64,000 nt of DNA from Thermodesulfobacteriota bacterium (lineage in GTDB: Bacteria > Desulfobacterota_D > UBA1144 > Nemesobacterales > UBA2774), in contig OZ244197.1 of the NCBI GenBank assembly GCA_965216785.1, positions 2,816,001 through 2,880,000 on the forward strand, written 5' to 3'. Position 1 is the stretch's first letter. Each line of letters begins with the position of its first letter. The notes below the pieces were generated by a model, which saw nothing but the letters and a program-made list of their open reading frames with translations, was not told the DNA's origin and made no database searches. Positions 59,201 to 64,000 of the stretch are shown here, piece by piece. A program made the translations under genes and the position numbers.

Positions 59201-59674
59201 TTCGCTTATTGCCGACTTTACGCTGCCGAGATACGCAAAGCCGCCCTCGGGGTGCATGTTCCCGAGATCGTCATTATGAGGCAGATCTGAAAGGATTTCC
59301 TCTAGAATCTCAATCTGAGTTATGTCGTCGGCAGCATTAAAAACCGCGCCTTTGTAAAAATACTCGGGATAGCTCTCAATTATGTCCACACCGAGGCTGT
59401 GAAAGGTGTGTATCGCCACGCTGTAAGCATCCCGTCCAATGAGCTCTGACAGTCTTTTCCTCATGTTCTGAGAGGCCGAGACTGTGAAAGTGAGACAGAG
59501 AATATTTTTGGGTGAAATTTCCGTCTGCCTTAGAATATTGGCCACCCTGAGACTTAGAATCTCCGTCTTTCCGGTGCCCGGGCCCGCGACCACGAGCAGC
59601 GGGCCGTCAATGTGGTCGACAGCCTCTTTTTGCTCGGGGTTTAGTTTTTTATAGCGCTCAGTGAATGTATCCAT
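56282..59674 (-). CDS. UvrD/PcrA-family helicase fused to a C-terminal PD-(D/E)XK (RecB-like) nuclease
   Basis: AGPGTGKT, VDEFQD, VGDDDQAIY, NYRS, TAHKAKGLEF, YVALTRAK; C-terminal LSVTHLNNF...GKIDK...DFKTG...QLVFY. Confidence 0.92.
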   Translation of the reverse strand: MDTFTERYKKLNPEQKEAVDHIDGPLLVVAGPGTGKTEILSLRVANILRQTEISPKNILCLTFTVSASQNMRKRLSELIGRDAYSVAIHTFHSLGVDIIESYPEYFYKGAVFNAADDITQIEILEEILSDLPHNDDLGNMHPEGGFAYLGSVKSAISELKKAGLSPDDFRSVVEYNEKKLEQLNPGLNSVFSSRISKKTAAAIKDFLSELSSSGHDDSPFPGIDSIIDTVSNSLTGVLSDFDKSSKTTPITEWKNGMTGKDNDGALILKDTLYIEKLLSLAHVYSRYQERLHAQRYYDYDDMILDAISGIENNDDLKHTLRGIYQYVLVDEFQDTNDAQMKLLRLITGPGDVKPLPNVMAVGDDDQAIYKFQGAQIKNIRNFHETYPDSKVVTITSNYRSDQDILDIASYVIDQSEERLQTKMPFVEKSITSKIRSEKKAEISCDSFPTSLHEYYWIASEIKKLIDDGKEPSEIAVIARYHRQLERLSPLLNKLGVPLTYERNRNVLEEPHVRELVTICRYIASLARKNRYEADELLPQILSYPFWGLSRKTVWEISRRAHKQRDNGVSWAEIMLSHEDKSINNIAEFLIELAALSMSESLDKVLDAIMGTEEELAPDNEHEEESGPDAAPDNNTQEKFLSPFKQYYFSEEKRRENPLLYLNFLSSLKAFIRAIAEYKKESVLKIEDLVKLVELHERNDIPIIDDSKYLSARNAVNLLTAHKAKGLEFDTVFIVNCQEEIWSGARRGSMLPMPLNLPVSPTSDTSDDQLRLFYVALTRAKHNVYLTSYRYKENNRESSLLPFIILPPDQGPDLQLGSALTPKEHDSDAGNLEELEFMLELSWESLHAPPVVHDEREVLETLVEDYRLSVTHLNNFLNVQRGGPHSFFLQNLLRFPQSQNHNNSYGSSVHSAIEFIYKHLKKTGSLPELSQVLERFDQELIIERMNSKEFKKYSEKGREALSAYFKEKIGSFDKSHFSEFNFYDQGVMVGEAHLSGKIDKMVPLGGSEILVHDFKTGKAKKNWKGESAYEKTLLYNYRRQLVFYKILVENSKDFGNKFKVNRGMLEFVEPRDGVLIDLDWEIGQDELLRTEELIKIVYNKICALDFPDTSQYKDNLNGIIAFEDDLLEGKV

Positions 59675-59866
59675 CAGATTACTGTATTAATAATTATCAC
59701 TGAGTAATCCCCCTATTTCTATAACAGAACCTAAAGGACTCAATTGATAATATTAGGCAACCTTGCCCCTATCTTGCTGAATATAATGGTGTAAATATGG
59801 CTGATTCGGTGTAAATTATTGTATCTTAATAGCTGCGGTAGTAATCAAATATTTGGAAGCTTACTC

Positions 59867-62521
59867 ATGTTAGCAAAACAACTACGGAAATGGGCCGAGA
59901 GCCAGCCTGAGAAGACCGCCCTACAGATAAGACACGCGGACGGTGCTTATTCCAAAGTCAGCTACCGGGATTTGTATGACAGCTGCATCCGACTGCATGC
60001 AAAGCTTATATCCATGGGATTTAAGCCGGGGGACCGTATATCGGTATACGGAGACAATTCCCCAGAGTGGGTGATAGCCTACTTTGCTATTCATTTCACA
60101 GGAGCTGTAGTCGTGCCCCTTGACGCGCTGCTGGCATCGCAGGATATATATAACTTTCTTGAGTTCTCACAGGCTAAAGCCGTAATCGCGGACAGATCTC
60201 ACCTAGATAAGCTCAAGGAGGAACTTACAGCCAAAGGCTCTGATATTAAAGCACTATCGATGGAATCAGAAACCGTCGAGCCGGAAGAAAAAAAGCCTGT
60301 TGAGCCATACGAGGAGGACCCGGATTCTTTATTAGCCATACTGTTCACCTCGGGCACCACTGGGGTGCCGAAAGGAGTGCAGTTATCAAACGGCAACGTA
60401 CTAGCAACTATAAAAGCGATCCTCGAAGATATTCATCTGACTCCCGAGGACAACATTCTGAATATACTACCGGTCCACCACGGGTACTCATCCATCGTTG
60501 CATTGCTTACACCTCTTTGGGCCGGCGCTACCGTTACGTTCTCTGAATCAATTAAAAGTACAGATCTTGTTTCAGCGATCAAAGAAACAAAAGTTACTAT
60601 CTTCCCAGGTGTTCCAAGGCTTTTTGAGCTCTTGAATAATGAAATTGAAAACAGGGTCGAGCACCTTCCATTTACCCAAAAGATGGTGTTTAAAAGTCTT
60701 TTCAAAATCTCTGAAATGGCTTGGAAGTCTATAAATTTGAGGCTTGGCAAACTCTTTTTCGGGAAGATTCACGAGCCGTTCGGAAGGCAGTTCCGGTTTT
60801 TCACATCCGGCGGAGCAAAGCTCGATCCGAAAGTGTATAGAAGCTTCCTGAGCCTCGGGTTCAAGGTCGCCGAAGGGTATGGGATGACGGAGACAGCAGC
60901 TGTTTCCACTTTAACTTCCCCTGATAGCGTCACACCCGGAAGCGCCGGGAAACCGCTTCACGGCGTTGAGATTAAAGTGCATAACCCCGATGATACGGGT
61001 ACCGGGGAGATATGTATAAAAGGTCCGAACATTACGCCCGGCTACTACAAAAATGAGAGCGCGACGAAAGAGCTCATTAAAGACGGTTGGCTGCACACAG
61101 GGGACCTGGGGAATATAGATTCAAAGAACAACGTCTATATAACAGGAAGGGCAAAAGAAGTGATAGTGCTTCCTTCGGGAAAGAATATTTATCCTGAGGA
61201 CGTTGAGAATCAGTACAACAAAAGCCCTATTATAAAAGAGATTTGTGTCATACCGCTCTTTACCGAGAGCGGGAGCGTAAAGGGCCTGGGTACTGTTGTT
61301 GTTCCCAATATGAGGGAGATCAAGGAAAGAAACGTCTTTGATATCAGGGACAGAGTACGCTCTATCATATCTATGACAGGCTCGAGCCTACCCTCGTATA
61401 TGCAGATATCGGATGTACTTATATATAACGATGAATTGCCAAAAACCAGACTCGGGAAATTCAAGAGAAATGAGATTGAGAAGATTGCTGACCAGCTCAA
61501 GAGCGGGACTGAGATTAAGGAAGCTGAGCTAACACCCCAAGCCCTTGAGATACTGAACAAGCCTGTATCAGTGAAATTCCTGAAGCGCTTTTCCGAGATA
61601 ACAAAGCTTAAGGGGCCCTTTCATCCCGATGAAGACCTTACACTAGACCTTGGAGTCGACTCTCTCACATTGGTCGAGATTACAGCCCTTCTTGAAAAAG
61701 AGTTCGGGGTAATAATTGAAGAAAAAGATTATCCCGATGTGAGAACTATAGGAGATATTCTTGAGAGATTGCCCGAATCTGCTCCAAAATTTGTTCAAGC
61801 AGATACGGATATTGAGACATCGCTGGAAGCAGAAGCAACCGAGTCGATAGAGGAAGTATTTAATCTGAACCGCGGGATCTTTAAACGAGCCGTGATGAGA
61901 GTACTGCAGCTTTGTCTTAGGTTATTAGTACTGATCGCATTCAGGGCCAGAATTTATAACGCTCATAAGATACCAAAAGATAAAGCCGTGCTTATTTGCC
62001 CAAACCACCAGAGCCTGATCGACCCGATACTTATTTTCGCGCTCCTTCCCGGGCATATGCTAAATAGAATTTTGTTTACAGGATTCGGTGAATATTTCAG
62101 TAAGCCCCCTCTTTCGTGGATTGTGCAACCTATGAGGATCATACTGACCGGAACCAGCAGGACTAATACAGAGTCACTAAGGCTTGCTTCACAAGGCCTA
62201 AGGCTCGGCATGTCGTTATGCATCTTTCCTGAAGGGCAGAGAACCGATACGGGTAAGATCAAGGAGCCCAAGGTAGGAACGGGAGTGCTGAGCGTTGAAA
62301 CGGGGACGATGATCGTGCCTATTTACATTGACGGGGCGACTAAAACTCTCTCGCCGCTGCACCCGGGGATGGGCTTTCCGAATGTTACACTTACCGTGCT
62401 TGACCCGATAGAACCCGCAGGGGCGGATGAAGAGGAGAAAGAGCTGTTTCAGGAAACTGTTGAGAGGTGGAAAGAGGCTGTAGAAAAGTTTGAGGGGAGT
62501 AGTTCACTAAACTCTGGTTAA
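59867..62521 (+). CDS. Long-chain acyl-CoA/ACP synthetase - ACP - PlsC acyltransferase fusion
   Basis: FTSGTTGVPKG, EGYGMTE, TGDLG (AMP-binding); DLGVDSL (phosphopantetheine Ser); NHQSLID and FPEG (PlsC). Confidence 0.9.
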   Translation: MLAKQLRKWAESQPEKTALQIRHADGAYSKVSYRDLYDSCIRLHAKLISMGFKPGDRISVYGDNSPEWVIAYFAIHFTGAVVVPLDALLASQDIYNFLEFSQAKAVIADRSHLDKLKEELTAKGSDIKALSMESETVEPEEKKPVEPYEEDPDSLLAILFTSGTTGVPKGVQLSNGNVLATIKAILEDIHLTPEDNILNILPVHHGYSSIVALLTPLWAGATVTFSESIKSTDLVSAIKETKVTIFPGVPRLFELLNNEIENRVEHLPFTQKMVFKSLFKISEMAWKSINLRLGKLFFGKIHEPFGRQFRFFTSGGAKLDPKVYRSFLSLGFKVAEGYGMTETAAVSTLTSPDSVTPGSAGKPLHGVEIKVHNPDDTGTGEICIKGPNITPGYYKNESATKELIKDGWLHTGDLGNIDSKNNVYITGRAKEVIVLPSGKNIYPEDVENQYNKSPIIKEICVIPLFTESGSVKGLGTVVVPNMREIKERNVFDIRDRVRSIISMTGSSLPSYMQISDVLIYNDELPKTRLGKFKRNEIEKIADQLKSGTEIKEAELTPQALEILNKPVSVKFLKRFSEITKLKGPFHPDEDLTLDLGVDSLTLVEITALLEKEFGVIIEEKDYPDVRTIGDILERLPESAPKFVQADTDIETSLEAEATESIEEVFNLNRGIFKRAVMRVLQLCLRLLVLIAFRARIYNAHKIPKDKAVLICPNHQSLIDPILIFALLPGHMLNRILFTGFGEYFSKPPLSWIVQPMRIILTGTSRTNTESLRLASQGLRLGMSLCIFPEGQRTDTGKIKEPKVGTGVLSVETGTMIVPIYIDGATKTLSPLHPGMGFPNVTLTVLDPIEPAGADEEEKELFQETVERWKEAVEKFEGSSSLNSG

Positions 62522-62522
62522 T

Positions 62523-63953
62523 TTACATTCGGGAATTTAATAACCTTTCCGCCGCTTCTTCGCCTGAGCGCACGCAATCGGGGATACCTACCCCGCTGTA
62601 AGCGTTTCCCGCAAGCTCTAAGCCCGGGAAACTTTTTGTCCTATTGTTGATCCGAGCTATACGCTCCTGATGGCCCACTGCGTATTGGGGCAGTGACTCG
62701 TGGTTTCTGCTAACCGTCCCGAAAAGCGGCTCTGATGTAATGCCCATAAGGGGCGACAAAGTGTCGTGCGCGATCTTGGCAAGCCATGTGTCGTCTCTGT
62801 CGTGGACATCGGATATTATGGATCCACCTATAAAACAGCGAAGATGAACCTTTTCACGCGGAGTACGCCCGGGGAATTTTACGCTGCTGAACGTACATGC
62901 CGTGATCGGCGCGTTTTCGGTTTTAGGGACGACAAAGCCTACTCCGTTAAGAGGAGAGGAAAAGTCTTTCCTGTTGTAGACGAGGTTAATAACAATCGAT
63001 GATGAATATTTTATATCTGACAAATAATTCCCGAGCTGAGTGTCAAAGCCCCTTACTAGACCTGATGCATGTATAGAGGGCACAGCTACTACAACACCGT
63101 CAGCAGCTATAGATTCGTTATCTTTCGTTAACACCCTCCACCCTTTCTTACTACGCTCTATTTTTCTAACGGACTTATTGAGTCTCATACACCCTTCGGG
63201 GAGAGAGGACGCAAGCATGTCTACAAAACCCTTCATCCCATTTTGCAATGATATAAACTTATTGTAACGCCGGGATTTATCTCCATTATGGGAGCCATTA
63301 TCAGTGCGGGCGGCATTCCTGATAGCTCTTATGATGCTTCCGTGCTTTTCTTCCATCTCTGCAAGATGGGGCAATGTGGCACGAATGCTGAGATTTTCAG
63401 GATCTGCGCCGTAAATTCCGCTCAGCAGAGGCTGCACTAGGAGGTTGAACGCTTCACTCCCCAAACGGCGAGTGAAGAAAGACTTTACGCTCTCGTCCTC
63501 TTTTGACGTTCGGCGCGGAAGTACAATATCGAGTGACATCCTCAGCTTGCCGAGCATTGAGAACAGCGGAGACAAGATAAAAGGCCTTATACGTGTCGGG
63601 GCAAATGAAAACCCTTCCGGGATAGGAACCAGCTTATCGCGGCGGGCTACAAATATGCGCCTGGCCTCGTCATTGGTCTCTAAAATGTCCCCCTCCAGCC
63701 CCACTCTGAGACAGAGGTCGAGCGCCCGGGGTTTTGTAGTAATAAAAGAGTCCGGCCCCTCCTCTAGTATAAATTCGTCCTTTACCTTTGTGGAAATCAC
63801 GCCGCCCAGCCTACCGCTGCCTTCAAGCAAGATAACCTCGGTGTTAAGAGCGTTCTCTGAGCTTAATTCGATTAAACGGTGGGCCGCGCTTAAACCGCTT
63901 ATACCTCCGCCTATGACGATTACCCTTGCGGGTTTATGTTTAGATGTTCGCAT
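62523..63953 (-). CDS. hemY: Protoporphyrinogen/coproporphyrinogen oxidase (HemY/CgoX)
   Basis: IGGGISGLSAA, RLGG, EEGPDSF, GIYGAD, PQYAVGH, AGNAYSGVGIPDCV. Confidence 0.93.
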   Translation of the reverse strand: MRTSKHKPARVIVIGGGISGLSAAHRLIELSSENALNTEVILLEGSGRLGGVISTKVKDEFILEEGPDSFITTKPRALDLCLRVGLEGDILETNDEARRIFVARRDKLVPIPEGFSFAPTRIRPFILSPLFSMLGKLRMSLDIVLPRRTSKEDESVKSFFTRRLGSEAFNLLVQPLLSGIYGADPENLSIRATLPHLAEMEEKHGSIIRAIRNAARTDNGSHNGDKSRRYNKFISLQNGMKGFVDMLASSLPEGCMRLNKSVRKIERSKKGWRVLTKDNESIAADGVVVAVPSIHASGLVRGFDTQLGNYLSDIKYSSSIVINLVYNRKDFSSPLNGVGFVVPKTENAPITACTFSSVKFPGRTPREKVHLRCFIGGSIISDVHDRDDTWLAKIAHDTLSPLMGITSEPLFGTVSRNHESLPQYAVGHQERIARINNRTKSFPGLELAGNAYSGVGIPDCVRSGEEAAERLLNSRM

Positions 63954-64000
63954 TTATTCTTATAATCCGGGATTGTCATATAAAACCAGAAATCTGTATG

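Overview
A 64 kb bacterial chromosome segment with dense coding. My unverified guess at the source is a Desulfobacterota/Dadabacteria-like organism. Most of the window is housekeeping and metabolism: a partial nrfA, ppk2, msrA, tricorn protease, ddl, thiolase, lysA, a hemD-hemE fusion, hemH, hemY, obgE, a cold-shock protein, a UvrD-nuclease fusion, an acyl-CoA synthetase-ACP-PlsC fusion, tRNA-Arg(TCT) and tRNA-Pro(TGG). The main accessory feature is an ~11.7 kb AT-richer island (1619-13330) inserted in the 3' half of tRNA-Arg. It is bounded by an exact 46-bp direct repeat and keeps matching arm-type tandem repeats and IHF-consensus sites at both ends, yet it encodes no integrase. Its cargo is one operon for lipid-linked glycan assembly: GT2, GT4, a methyltransferase, a GlpD-like FAD oxidoreductase, three tandem 404-aa phosphodiesterase-fold paralogs with atypical active-site residues, a flippase-like protein and a GT-C transferase. 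A second signal is two unlinked secreted acidic heptad-repeat proteins that share an identical C-terminal 12-mer (PLGDREAEGRGI) encoded by mostly different synonymous codons. I saw no CRISPR array or transposase. All product calls rest on motif recognition by eye; no database searches were run.
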